Source: Monosiga brevicollis MX1
Taxonomy: Eukaryota
NCBI RefSeq assembly: GCF_000002865.3
Contig: NW_001865062.1
Location: forward strand, 537,314 to 601,313
Length of the DNA: 64,000 nucleotides
Reading direction: 5' to 3'
Below are positions 23,502 through 36,700 of the stretch, piece by piece; the stretch's first letter is position 1, and every line of letters begins with the position of its first letter. The notes under the pieces are model-generated. The model was not told the origin of the DNA and ran no database searches. It was given only the letters and a program-made list of their open reading frames with translations. The position numbers and the translations under genes are program-made.

Positions 23502-24592
23502 TTACCAGTCAAAGGGGGTAACGAGGGGCCCGTGTTTATACGGCCGTGATCGATGATGTGGATTGCGGCCTTGGCGCTTGTCACCAAGCACGGGGCCGTT
23601 GCCGCAAGGATCAATTTTAAAGGCCTCAACGGTGGCTGCCTCCCCCCGCAGGGCCCCCTCGAGGGCGGGTCCAGGTGATGGGGACCCGCATCCATGGTAG
23701 GTGTAGCACACCTCGAGTTGCGGTACGCGGGACCGGATCGTGTCGACATGTAGCTGGAAGCGCTGCTCTTTGAAGGACCAACCAACAATCTTGATCCACC
23801 ACCCAAGGGGTTGAAACGGCCCAAGCCAATGGCGCGCAGACAGGCAGACAAAGGCGTGTATGAGTCAAGCGTGGCAAATTGTTCTGGGGCTGCTGGCGAG
23901 CATGGGCATGTACGCACATCGAGGGTCTGTGGTGCATAACCAAAGGTTTCTTGAAAGCGTTGAATGGCGTAAGCAACATTTTCCATCGAGTCCCGGGCAT
24001 ATTCTTCGAGGAGAACTTGGTCAGGATTGAGCAACAGGCCGGCGGCACGCGCCGCGCGCAGGTACGAGGCAGCCTCGGTGATCGTCGAATCAGCTCGAGT
24101 GGCGCCGCCAGAAAACACGAGCACGGCCTTGGCGTCGTCTTGGACGAGTTGGCAAGCCTTTTCAATGTGCTGAAGAAAGTAGACCGGCTCACCGCGCTGA
24201 AAACTCTGGAGCACCCACTGATCGTCCTCACTCACGCGCTGGCGAGCGTCTACCTCGCACAAGTGGAAAAAAGAAACCGAGGTGGTTGGGGGGCAACTGG
24301 TCAGTCCAGCGGCAGGGAGGAAAAAGGGGCTGGGCGGAAAACAGGCAGGAAACCAGGCAAGAAAACTCTTCAAACGACAACACAAGGCATCCATCAACAC
24401 AACAGACCAATAGACCAACAGACCAACAGACCAACAGACCAACAGACCAACAGACCAACAGACCACCCCCCCAGCAAGCCCTCCCCCCGCGCCAGTCCAA
24501 ACCTCACCCGAGGCCTCGGGATCGCCGACATAGACAGCGTGACATGGCACCAACACCAGCAGCATCGGCGCTGCCGCTGCTGCTCCTGCCAT
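23502..24592 (-). CDS. DUF218-like protein (yeast YOR238W-type)
   Basis: LVLVPCHAVYVG, WVLQSFQRGE...FLQHIEKA, VLVFSGGATR...ITEAASY, LEEYARDSMENV, VGWSFKEQRF, DPCG...LGDKRQGRNP...W*. Confidence 0.75.
24401..24465. repeat. (AGACCAAC)n 8-nt tandem repeat, intronic
   Basis: About 8 near-perfect copies. Confidence 0.9.
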
Positions 24593-24650
24593 GGTACTGG
24601 ATGTCAGAAAATATAGCCGTTACACGTTGCCTTTGTGTGTAAAGAAGTTG

Positions 24651-25203
24651 GCTCCCTCTCTCTCAAACTCTCACTCTCTCTCAAATTTCGTAACTGTCTC
24701 GCTCTCTCTCGCTCTCTCTCTCAACTCTCTCAAACTCTCGCTCTCTCTCTCTCAAACTCTCGCTCTCTCTCTCTCTCTCAAATTCTCACTCTCTCTCTCT
24801 CCCAAACTCTCTCTCTGCTCGCACACACACACTCTCTCTCTCTCTCTCTCGCTCTCTCTCTCTCAAACTCTCGCTCTCTCTCTCTCTCTCAAACTCTCGC
24901 TCTCTCTCTCTCTCAAACTCTCACTCTCTCTCTCTCCCAAACTCTCTCTCTGCTCGCACACACACACACACTCTCTCTCTCTCTCAAACTCTCTCTCTCT
25001 CTCAAACTCTCGCTCTCTCTCTCTCTCAAACTCTCGCTCTCTCTCTCTCTCAAACTCTCACTCTCTCTCTCTCCCAAACTCTCTCTCTGCTCGCACACAC
25101 ACACACACTCTCTCTCTCTCTCAAACTCTCTCTCTCTCCCAAACTCTCTCTCTGCTCGCACACACACACACACACACTCTCTCTCTCTCTCTCTCTCCCT
25201 CTC
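24651..25203. repeat. Compound CT-rich minisatellite built from CAAA-(CT)n and TGCTCG-(CA)n modules
   Basis: Repeated CAAACTCTC[G/A]CTCTCT units interrupted four times by CCCAAACTCTCTCTCTGCTCGCACACAC. Confidence 0.93.
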
Positions 25204-25313
25204 GTACGCACTCACTGCTCAGTCGAGAGCAAGTTTGAGGTGGCTGCTGGGGTGGGAGCGCTGGAGGGTATATGCATGGGTTGGCTTGAATTGGACAGGA
25301 GGGGGGAGAAGCC

Positions 25314-25907
25314 ATGGCGCAGCGAGCAGGGGAATTGCTCCCCACGATTGAGGGAGTTTCCGGCTGGCTTATTTCAGAGCATGGGCAGATTTTGGCGGGC
25401 CAGAGTGCCAAGCTCGACCAGGTGCCGTCCGGCCTGCGCATGCCACCCCCTTGTGTATGAGTGTGTAAGAGGCGTAGATACCCCGATGCCTGCAGTGCAC
25501 TGATCATTCGCCATTGGTGCCCCGCTGGCCCACACTCGTTTCTGGCGAGGGGTTTGTTAGGAATGCGTGCAGGCGATCTGTGCAGCCTTTCAGAAAGGCA
25601 CTGTTCCCAGTGCTTTGATGTTGGGGGATGTGCATTTTGTGGTCACCCGAGCCCTCCCAGATCGGTTCGTGCCTGAGCTCGCCCAGCTGAAATGCACAGC
25701 CAAAACCTGCCTCATGATGCCGGCCTCCTGATGCCGGCCTGCTGTCCTTGCCCGTGCAGGATCGACGCCGTGGCCCGGCACGAGCGTGGGGCCTTGGTCG
25801 CCCTGTCCTGTCACCACGGAATCTTGCTTTTTCACGTCTTGCATCCCCAAACATTGCGTGCTGCCCTGCCGCTCATCCTGAGTGCCACGGACAAGCTGAA
25901 AAATTAG
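25314..25907 (+). CDS. Divergent profilin-like protein (119 aa)
   Basis: Exons 25314-25421, 25561-25664, 25760-25907 (360 nt, GT-AG introns, phases consistent) give MAQRAGELLPTIEGVSGWLISEHGQILAGQSAKLDQECVQAICAAFQKGTVPSALMLGDVHFVVTRALPDRIDAVARHERGALVALSCHHGILLFHVLHPQTLRAALPLILSATDKLKN. Motif spacing resembles profilin (L.LG...[YF].V.R...). Confidence 0.6.
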
Positions 25908-26644
25908 TGCAGACAAGGCGCCGTGCGCGTGCCCTTGCGCTCTGTTGTGCTGTGTTGTGCTTGGCTCTGCCGTGCCCAACCACGCATTCAACTGATCTCA
26001 ACGGCTGCCTCCTTATTCTTGTAATCGGCTGTTTGTCTCTATTGGTGCTGTGCGCCGAATTGATCATCGCCCTCTTTCGGCGCTTGAAAATTCCCGACCC
26101 TGAACAGCATTGGCAGTGTTGAGCAACCATTCGAGTTTGGGTTGTGGCAGTGGCAGAGCTAACGTACATGCGATCAATTACGTTTGTCAAAGTGAAAAAA
26201 GCAGATACCAATGCCTCGATGGATGGAGAAAGACTGGAGATCTGACCAGAGCAAATGGAGAAAAGACAAAGATAAAACAAAAAAGAGCGGAGAAGGGGTG
26301 ACAGCCGAGGCGAACTGATGTCTGAAAATCAGGGCTCTTGGGGATGGTGTCAGGGTGGATGGTTAAAGTGCTTGGCAGCGAGCCAAAGCCAGGCAGACAA
26401 GGGTCGGGTGGCACAAGAGAACAAAACAGAGCACGAAACCACTTGGGATGGGGGCTTCAAGATGGTTGAAAGAACGCTTCCAAACACACGGTGTGGCAGC
26501 GTATGTGGTGGACTTGAGCAAACCTCAACGCAAGTGGTCGGAAGAGGGCTTGGCCCTCAAACTCACTTCTAAATCCTAGGAAAAATAAACAACAGTGGCA
26601 ATGACAACATAGAGAACGGGGGAGGAGGAAGAAGACCAAGGAGG

Positions 26645-27831
26645 CTAGAGCTGGGGCAAGGCCAGGTCGATGAGGGGCGAGGAGATGGACTCGACTGAGG
26701 AGGGCATGTCGACAACGGGTTCAATGGCTGGATCAAACAAAGTAGCGGCCATCTCCGAGCCATGGTTGACGGCGACCTCAAACATCATGTCGATCGAGTC
26801 TGAGGTCCAAACAACCTCGCGCGTGTCCTCGACAGGGGCTGGCGGCCATTCGGCCAACAGAAGCTTCTCCAGCAGCAGGCGGGTTGTCTCGTCGATGGGC
26901 AGGCTGACGCTCATGCTGCGCGGGCGGTCAGAGCCATTTGGGGAAGAGGGGGGCAAGAAAATGGTGGCATCGGGCATGGGCTGGTTGGCCGCGTCCGAGC
27001 TGCGGGGCGAGGGCATGGCTGACAATGGCTCCGATGAAATCTAAGAAAGGCGGCAGGCGATCAAGTCAGCGATGAGTGCCATGACCAAGCTCTTACAATG
27101 GGCACGGCTTTGAGAGGGCTCTGGGGACGAAGCAGGCGCTGCGAGGTAGCGTACCAGGGAGGGGCTGGAGGTAGCACTGCGAAACGTGGCGGTCCGGTTG
27201 GGAACGTTCTTGGCGTTGAATTGGCAGCTACTGCCGCTGGAGGTAGAGCGGAGGCGTGCGGGCAGCTCGCCGGTCTTAAACATGGCGCGGGCCCAGGGCA
27301 CGGCAGCCACAAAGGTGTCAGGAAAGGGTGCACCGGGACAGTCCGGGCCTGTCGAGATGCTGATTCGCAATGGTGAATCCAGTTTTATAAGGTCACGCAA
27401 GCCAACAAAGAGGATGGAAATGCACGGTATGTACGGTGGAAGAGGCACCGCCCACGTTGACGGTGCTGCACGCAACAGGGGTGCTCGTACACGCTCGTTC
27501 GTCGCGCCAGAGGGCGATGATATTGGCGGTGACAATGGGACAAGGTCGGGCAAAGGCAGGGCTGACGGCAGAGCACAGCTGAATGGACGTGGGGCAGGGC
27601 AGGGCGGCAGCAACCAGCGCACGCGCTCGGGGGCGGGCTTGGAAGCAGCCGAGGAAGCGGCAAAGGGGCGTCGTGCCGGACGAGGGAGCAAGCAGAAAAA
27701 TGGCCGACCTCGACACAGCTCCCTCAGGAGGTGTCGGAACAGGTTATTGTCTTGGAAATTCCCCAGTCGGTGGAATGGCGTTGAAGGTGGAGGTCGAGGT
27801 GGTGGTGGTGGTGGTGGTGGTGGAGATGAGC
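26645..27831 (-). CDS. Hypothetical Pro/Ser-rich protein; 5' end unresolved
   Basis: A clean intron ~27042-27096 (GTAAG...CTGAC...TTAG) joins SPLKAVPI to ISSEPLSAMPSP...DLALPQL* in frame. An upstream poly-Pro exon is plausible. No domain recognised. Confidence 0.35.
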
Positions 27832-28215
27832 TGGGTGGGGGACAGTGGCAAGGAGGGGAGAAAGCCACCAAAGCAAAAGGAGTGGAATCTCACAAGTGAG
27901 AGGCAGTCGGGCGGGTGGTGCTGAGATGGTACTAGACGATGCGAGTCGAGAAACCTGGAGGCTGAAGACGCAAAGCAACCAAAAAGGCAGCACGAATCGA
28001 CTGGTGGTGTTGATCGAAGGTTGCCCTTGTAGCTGATGGCTTCGCACAGGGAGGACGCAAGGACGACTGCAGGAGGAAGCGCTGAGGACACCTTTGTTGA
28101 CGATCAGGAAGGAGAAGAAGGAAGGAGAGGTGGGAGAATGAAGGAAGGAATACGCGAAAGGAAGGTCGAGAACAAGCGGTCAGAGGCTCGGGAAGCCAAC
28201 GACGACAATGGCAGC

Positions 28216-28273
28216 GGCGTCGGCGTCAAAGTCGGCGTCAAAGCCGGCGTCAAAGTCGGCGTCAAAGTCGGCG
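28216..28273. repeat. (GGCGTCAAAGTC)n 12-nt tandem repeat
   Basis: About 4-5 copies. Confidence 0.85.
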
Positions 28274-30725
28274 GTGAGCAAGACGAGCAACAAAGCCGTG
28301 TGCGCAAAAACAGCCAGAGTGAGGCAAAAGAGCAAAACTGGGGGGGGACCGGTCACTGGCACAACAACGAGGTGACGCGGGGAACGAGCGGCAGTTGGAA
28401 AATACGGCTGAAGAAGTCGCAAAGGGAGGGTGCTCGTCAGCTCTCAACCCAACCCAGTCGGTGCATGGACGAGAAGGACGTTGTCGTGTTAAGGGTGGAA
28501 TCTCGGGATGGGGACGACAAGCAAGGCGCCTGGGGACGCCGCTCGAGGTGGGGAAAGCCAGAGAATGGATGATGGGACGACTCGTGTATGTCACACACGC
28601 AGTTGCACACCACACACACACACACACACACACACCCAGCGGTTCGGGGGTCGGGGGGGGTATGTGCCGACGGGGTGTGGTGTTTGGAATGTTGGCGGGT
28701 TGATGGTTTGATGATGGGGCGGACGTGGTGTGCTTCTGTCGCTAGCGAGCGTGGGTCGCAGGGATCGCAAGGCGGCGAGTCAAAGGGACACGGGACGGAG
28801 CCCGAGACTATGGGGAGCGGTCGTGGCAGGGAGGTCGGGGCGGGGGTTAGTGATGATTCCCTAGGCTCATCGGACCCGTGCAGAAGCAAGGCGGAGGGCG
28901 GGTGAATGTGCCCGTTACCGAAAAAGGGGGAAAGCCATCAGATTCTTCTCCTCCCGCCGCTGCCTGATGAAGATGCACAACGCGATAGCAGAAATACATG
29001 TCCCCGAGCCGAGAAAAGGGGGCCCTGCCAAAGGGGGGGTTATGGGGGTGCGCCCGCAGATTGTGTCTGTTGGTCTGTCTCCTTGAATCTGCGATCGCCA
29101 GAATCTCGCGCAAGACAGGACACACGGGTGGAAGCCAGCCCACCCTCTGCTCGGTCAGGCCATGATGGTCCGGGGATGGGACAGCAGGAGCAAGTCGATG
29201 CCTTGGATGCTGCCTCAACATTGACCACGACCCCGCGTCAGTCCCATGCAGATGCAAGACTGTCACGGCTACGAAGTGTGCATCGTATATCCTATGACGT
29301 CGCACTAGGACACTTGGTGAGAGCTGGTCGGTCGCAGATTGTCTCGAAACGCTCCTTTTGCGTGCGCTGCCACACACACACACTCTCTCTCTCTCCCTCT
29401 CTCTCTCTCTTCCTCTCCCTTTCTCTCGCGCGCGCGCGAAGCCTCCGAGGGAGCTGGTGCCGAGGCAGCAAAACCGGCTTGAGTCCTCCAAGAGTCGTAT
29501 TCGCCCACGCGATGCCGAGGATCGCGTTGTTTGTTCTTCCTTCGACCACCTGAAGCACATTTGTAACCAAGTGATGTGAGCGAGGGTTTGAAGGTTGTGC
29601 TCTCGTAACAGAGCGCTGCCATAACACGCCCAGAGCCAGTACCAGAGCGCACAGCAGTGCAGCCAGAGCCAAAGCCTGAGTCGTCGGAGCCAGAACCAGA
29701 GCCAGAGAGCCAGAGCAGAAAACCAGAGCCAGAGCAGAAAGTTGAGTTAAAGTCAGAGACTTGGGCGGAAACGCGCTCAGAGATAGAGAAACATAACAGC
29801 GAAACGCAGAGATAGAAAATAGTTGACAGGCAATCGCAGAGAGTGAAAGATTCAAAAGCTCAAAAGAGAGATAAAAGTGTGGGTCGCATTGTGTCCCATT
29901 GTGGGCTCGTGTCGTGTTGTGGTGTTTGCAGACGACCCGCGACCGAGGTTAAGGGGAAGAGTGAGGGCTGTACGCGCTGGCACGGATGAGCTTCTCCTCA
30001 GTGCCACCAAGAGGGTGGTGACGCACATGACAGACCTCTCCCCACTTAACAAAACCCATCCATATGCACACGAAGAATTGGAGTGGCGTTGCTTGCCCAT
30101 GCAGTCTGGACATCTGGCCAGCCAGAAAATGGGGCTGTGGCGAGTTTTGCACGTCCGCCCACCCTATCCTCGGAGACTTGTCGTGTCGTGCTATGGGAGG
30201 AGGATACCCGCTCGCACATAGACGTAGGGAAAAAAATCAAAAAGAAACAACAGGTGTGGCGATGGGTGCCCCACTGCTCACACGTCAATTCGTTCATCGC
30301 GCCGCCAACATCTCCCTTCCGTCCGCAACGCGTCAAACCATCAACTGGGCACGGAGCAGAGCTTTCATCCAGCTTTGGTCGGATGCTGCTCGGAAGTGTG
30401 TTCTGATCGATCAACAACACACACCCATACATTCCAATGCATCTGCCATCTTTCCAAGAACACTCATCAAGTTCGACGGGACTGAAGAATCCCAACTGCT
30501 GCGGGCGTGCACGAGCGGCCATGGCTGCGCGGTTGCCACGCAGCCCAAATATCAGCCCGTCCCCCAGTGCTATCCACAGTCTTGAGCGGCTCTTGCCAAC
30601 CAGAGAATGAGAACATGAATTTACATCGAATGTTAATTCATTTCGCGTCAAAAAACAACGGATTCTATTCTTGCCCATTCATTATGATTTCACATTCAAC
30701 CAACTATCAAGCCCTTGAGCACTGC

Positions 30726-33700
30726 CTACAAAGCCGTCTCATCCTCCAAGGAAGTACCAATGGCAAATCCGGGATTGGTAGCCAAGGCGGACACCGAAGC
30801 GTCTGGATCAATCTCAGCAAATGCCGGCATGCTGTGACTTGTTGTCGATCCCCCATCAAGCAAATGTAATACCTCCAGCGCGCTAACCCGCGCCTCTGGG
30901 CGTGCGGCCCACATGTCCCGCAGAAGTCTATCCCCGCCACAAGACAAAAATGAACCTTCAGGACAGCCTGATGCCGGCCTCACAAGGAAAATAGTCAAAC
31001 ACTTGGCACACACCTGGTCATGTCCAACTCAAAGAGACTTTCGTGACCTGGACTTAGCTCCAGACGCTGTTGGCTAGTCAACTGTTCCATGATCTGCTGC
31101 AATGTTGCGCCGCGGTAGGGCGTTGCGCCACCCTCCATCGTCTGACACCAGCCCGATAAAATGTTTTGAGTCAGCAATTTTTTTCATCAGCAGACAACTC
31201 AAGAGAATGGCCAGCCATTGACAACGCATGTCCCCGCTCCTATCCTCCTGACACCCAAGCCAATGCCAACGCGCACGAACCTCCCAAAACAAAACGCCCA
31301 AGCTCCATACATCGCTGGCAGGTGAGTATCGACGATGCAGCAACGTTTCCGGTGCCATCCATCTAACAAGCATACGCACATTCACATGAGGAGTCATCAA
31401 GAGATTTCAAAGAACAACCGACTTTGCTCGCCAGAGCCGCGACGCCGCTTCCGACGACTCCCACACTCACCGAAACGGCATATCTTCCTCGGCCGATGCG
31501 CGATAGTAATTGGCCTCATCATCCACGTAACGACTCACTGAGACAGGAAGTGGGAGAACAAAAAAAACGTGCCCGAGTGAGAAGTGAAAGAGGCAGAGTA
31601 TATGTCGGCCCTTTCAAACCCACCCACACAGGCGAGGAGTAGCAGAAACCCCCGGCGCTTCATTGCTTAAGACGTACAACCAAAGTCAGCTAGCTTGACC
31701 TGCACTTGTGTCATCGTGTCTTCCATCACCAAGACGTTGCGTGCAGCCAGATCGCGGTGCAATACACCACAAGCGTGCAAAAAGCAAACACCCGCAGCCG
31801 TTTGCGTCAAAACCTGGGACGCCGATCGTGGGCCAAAAGAATGAAGGCAAACAAGATACACGATGAAGTGCTATCCCATCAAAATTGTTCCAACAATGGA
31901 ATCGCACCTGCCGACGTTTGGAGGGATTGACTGCGACCTGCGCCCGTAGCCAACTTCGCAAATCGCCATGCTGTGCCAACTCAAGCACGAGTTGGATGGG
32001 TGACCTGACATTGTCCCAAGCGCAGCTCTCACATCATGAAAAATGACGGCACCGTGCACAGCCAACGGAGACGCACGGGATCAGCTACATCTCTCTTACT
32101 CACATATCATGCACGATGGCAATGAGATTGATGATGCTGGGATGCACAGAGAGTGCGTGCAACATCGCTGCCTCAAGCATCGGTGCCTTGAGATCACCCC
32201 CCTAAAAGGCAGCACATAAAACAGTGCATGATGGCCGGCTGCAAAACCCGCGCGTCCATTTCAGCAAAGAAACTAACGGCAACTTTGTCAAACGTCTTGA
32301 CAGCCACTGGCACTGGATAACCCTTGAGCAGAGCCTATACAAAGGACCATGTGCCGAATGCGCCTGGTAAGCCCCAAACTTTGACCCAGCTGCCAAAAAC
32401 ATTTTAGACGCCTCTCACTTTGTACACGCTGCCAAAGTTGCCCGCTCCCAAACCGCGCTGGAAGGTAAGATCGAGGCTACAAGCATCAAGATGAAGATGG
32501 GACAATCATTTCCCCAAACACATAATGTACAAACATCCACCCCGAAGCAAACACATCCCCCGTAAAAAAACAATGAACAAGACAGGGAGAAAAATAGAAA
32601 TGAAATGAAAATAAAAACGCGAAATTGTTGGTGAGTCGAAAAGCGAGTGGTTCACTGAGCTAGGCGTGTCAGTTCCCCCCTGCCTCTGTCCAAATGCAAA
32701 GGTGAACTTTCTCAAACAACTCTTGCCCATTCATTTCATCCCCATGGAGGCAGCTACACAACTCACGTGGAGGCAAGTGAGGCTTGCGTTCGTGTTCGCA
32801 TCAGCTCGAGCAAAGCCGAGTCCCCTTGGTGCGCTGCTGCCGCTTGCTGCAGTTGCTTCTGAAAGTCCTGAATCGCCAGCTCCAATGTTGGAGCAGAAGA
32901 CATCGGCATCTGCGCTCCGGTGTGGGCCACCCGCTGTGTCCGAGTGGCCCGCAAAACCACAACAGCAATCATGCCCGCAATCCCGAAGATCACCGGGATC
33001 AACACTCCCAAAAATGCGGGCGAATCGAGAAATCCCTGGTTGCTTCGACTTGAGGCCTGGTCCAATGGAGGCAACGTTGTGCCGCTTGGAACAAACCCTG
33101 TGGTGCTTGCTGTTGTCGTTGTCGTCGTTGTCGTCGTTGTTGTCGTTGTCGTCGTCGTTGATGGTGGAGCTGCCGTCAAAGTGCCGTTAAAAGCTGCATC
33201 ATAGTAAGATGTCACCTCCACAATGTAATTTGCATCCGGCACAGCTTGTAGCACTTCTTCGCTGATACTCAACAAGAGGGCCGGCCCGCTCAGAATCTCG
33301 ATGCCACCGTTGATGCGCACTGCCAAAGCATTCTCTCTGAGCGCAACGCGTGTGAGGTATCCCACCCTCTGCGTCTCGTTCAACATCACGACAGTTTTTC
33401 GAGTGGATATTTGAACCAGTCGCACCATAATATACCCTGCGTGCTCACACGCCAACGCCAACCGTTGACGAAACACGGCAGCATCGTGCACGGTCGTGCA
33501 TTCGGGCACCAGAAACACGGACGGTTGATGCCAAGCATCTTGCTCATGAACGCTCACCACCATGCTGGTGTCCTGAGGCTGACTTAAAATAGCATACCCA
33601 CCTTCCAGCAAAAGCAGCCTGAGCTCGCCGGCTGCCAGTGAACGAGGCGCTAGCACCACTGCCACGGAGTAATTTTGAGGACCGTGATAAGTCAGCAAAA

Positions 33701-36700
33701 CAGTGGTGTTGGTACGCTCATCCACCAAGCCCACTCGGCTGTTTGAGCGGTCACCATATACCCTGAGCCAGTCAGCCTCCCAGCTGGTAAGCTGCAAACA
33801 CTGCGCATCACGGGTTGCATTGACTTCAAAATCTTCGGGAAATCGATATGCACACAGCCTAGTGTGTGTGTGTAGCACTGCCAACACGGCTTCATCAACC
33901 ACCGCATACGGCGCTCGATACTCCACTGAGACTTGAGGTTGTGCTATCTGAATCTGGAAAGGCCATGTTTGACTCTGCTCATCAAAGACGGTCAAGACCA
34001 ACTTATTGATATATGGATCATCGCCCATGACTAGATAACGGGAGGCAAGGGTCATGATGGCCAAGCCGTTACGAAACTGAGGATAAGGAAATGCACTGAA
34101 GGGGTCATGAAAGTCACCAATGGCCCACTTGTTGTCCAGCTCCGAGTAGAGAATTCGGGCCATCAGGCCAACACTAGAAGCTTGTGACACCCCAAACGGG
34201 TCGGTTGCGTAAAGCACATCAGAGTTCATGTCGCTGAACGTGAGGGCGTAGCCAATATTGAAAAAGGAGCTGCTAAGATTGATCCAGGTTGACACCAGCT
34301 CACACCTAAGCATGACAAAAGAAAGTATTGTTTTGACATTTACAAGAATACATGCATAGAACACACAATCAGGTGAAACATATGATCCACATGCGCACCA
34401 GCGAGACTGGCTGGTAAAGCATAATACGCCAAGAAGCTCAAAGACATTCCATCCCATGGAACCCCCCGACCAGGCATGACAGATCACTCAAAACAATTGG
34501 AAAAAAATTTACGAAACTAACGCGGCACTGGGAAAGTCGACGACAAGCTGATTGGCCACGTTTGGCGGATCCAAGTCTCTGCAGGACTTGCATTCCCATG
34601 GAAGATAGGGCGTTGGCACGGCAGGCGCAGTGTCGGTCGCGCAATCCGGCCACAGAAAACATGGGCAATCGCGCGGGTCGCCTACGTTTAAGCAGAGACA
34701 GGATCAGGCATAAGTGAGTTCAAGCGCGCACCTTGACAATTTACCGATACCACATCGCATGTTCACACCACCTACCAACGCGCATAATACGACGCCACGA
34801 GACGCTACGTAACTGCAGCACGGAACGCCCACGCGCCCAAAGATCTACGTCGCGGTTGGACAAGGACCAGGGGACCACGGCGCTGAACGTCACCGGACTT
34901 TCAGACAGCACTAGCGTATAGCTGACATTCACTCCGTCCACTGTCACCCGCAATTGCGTTGCCTGCGAGCTCAATACTTGTGCAATGTCGCCGTGCAAGC
35001 TCAACTCGAGCACCACCATGTCCATGTCCGCGGGCGCATTTAATTGAGCCACCAACGACCATGCATCAGCAGCGGTCCATACGGTCTGCACCAGCGCCGT
35101 GTCATCCACATTGCCTGCCCAACCTTGGGCGTCCAGGCCGCCAAACGGCTCTGAAGTGGCTGTCATCAAGCTGCGGTGTCGCATGGCTGTGGTGTTGACA
35201 CTGATTAGATGCTCAAGTTCGGAATATTGTGTCAGAGCCATTTGCAAGCGCGTGGCGCGCAACGCAACAAGATTGCAATCAACCCTCATGCTTCCGTAGC
35301 CCTGAACCTCCAACGTACCCGACCCACTGTCCAACCCAAATGTCAGTGTGTACTGAAGCGCAATGCTGGTACCGCTAAACTGCAGCACATTGCTCAAAAT
35401 GGTGCAGTTGGCATCAGGTAGGAGAAGTGCGGGTCGTAAGAAATTGGGCGTTAATAGTGGGCAGACAGTTTTAGAAGCTTCGTCGAGGTTGTCGTTGCTA
35501 CAGCGAGCCGAGCGGTGCGCCGTCATGGCCACAGCAGTTGTGCTGCCCAAGAAATTGAAAACGGCCGAGCTTTGCACACGATTCAGGCGCTGCTCCAAAC
35601 AATCATCGGCCAAGCTCAGATCATGGTTTTGGCACTCAAAGTGAATCGAGAGCGGGGAAAGCGAACCTGGATTGCACTGCGAGCAGGCAGCAGTCCGGCC
35701 ACATGCCGAATAGTCGAGCAATGACTGCACTGTGACCTGTTCGTGCATCCAATCCCCAGCACGCAGGATCAGGGTCACATCGCTCAAGGAACGAAGTGTC
35801 ACGGGAACAAAATTATCATGAGCGGTCAGGTACCATGTTGAACACCGATCTGGCATTGTTGAGAGGCACACTTCTACTTCAAGGGTGTTGGTTCCCCAAA
35901 AAATGAAGGTGGCATCGCCACAGAGGCTTATGGCTTCGAGAACAAGCGAGGTGCCCGCGCAGATATTGACACTCGCATTGGTGCTCTGCAATCGCACGGG
36001 ACCAACCGTGCCATGACAGTTGGCTGGCGCCGGTCGCTGGCGGCCTGCTGTATTTCCAGTTGACGTGTCCAAGAATTCCATGACACCATTTCCATGGAGC
36101 ACACTGGCCACCTTTTCGGTGTATAAGGCTCGGCTCGAAGCTGTGACACCGGTGGTCTGAAGTTCTTGCTGGCACATTGGCACCATGGCCTGACCATCGT
36201 ACCAGGTCGCGCCTGAAGTGTCGGTTGCATTGACCTTGAACAACGTCATCAGCTTTTCGCCAGCCACGGCCATATCCACGATGTCGTCCCTTTCGGCGAG
36301 ATATTGCAACCTTGTGGTGTTGACAACAGGCTGCCAGCGTGATGGCCACGTGAACTCTTGTCGGACCACGAAATAAGGCTCGATGTTTTGACTATACCCG
36401 ATGGACCAGCTGCCACCCCGACTACCCCGCATCACCATCGGCCATGCCAGACAAGAGGTCGATTCCAGCACATCCGAGTACCAGTCGTTGGCGAGCCACG
36501 CAGCAGTCGAGCACATGGTGGGGTCGTAGGACGTGTTCCAGGCTCGACTGATGAGAGTTGCATTGCCCGTCACCTCAAAGTCGTTGGCTGCCCGGTTGTC
36601 GATGAACCTCAGCCACCTCAGGCGTGAATAGAGGGTTTGATATTCGAAAACATGAAGTACATAGCTCAAGCTGTCTCGTGCACGGCAGCCAACCCAGATG

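Noticed and set aside
24591..25351. Long Leu/Ser or Arg/Glu ORFs
   Set aside because: Translations of the CT minisatellite.
25560..26122. PSI-like Cys motif (CSQCFDVGGCAFC) plus a TM segment
   Set aside because: It lies in an alternative frame. The profilin-like model gives consistent splice phases, a start and a stop.
27041..27420. IRF-like motif (TATFRSATSS)
   Set aside because: It lacks the IRF tryptophan cluster, and the downstream intron phase favours another frame.
28216..28273. CRISPR-like or binding-site array
   Set aside because: Adjacent 12-mers with no unique spacers, in a eukaryotic context with no cas genes.
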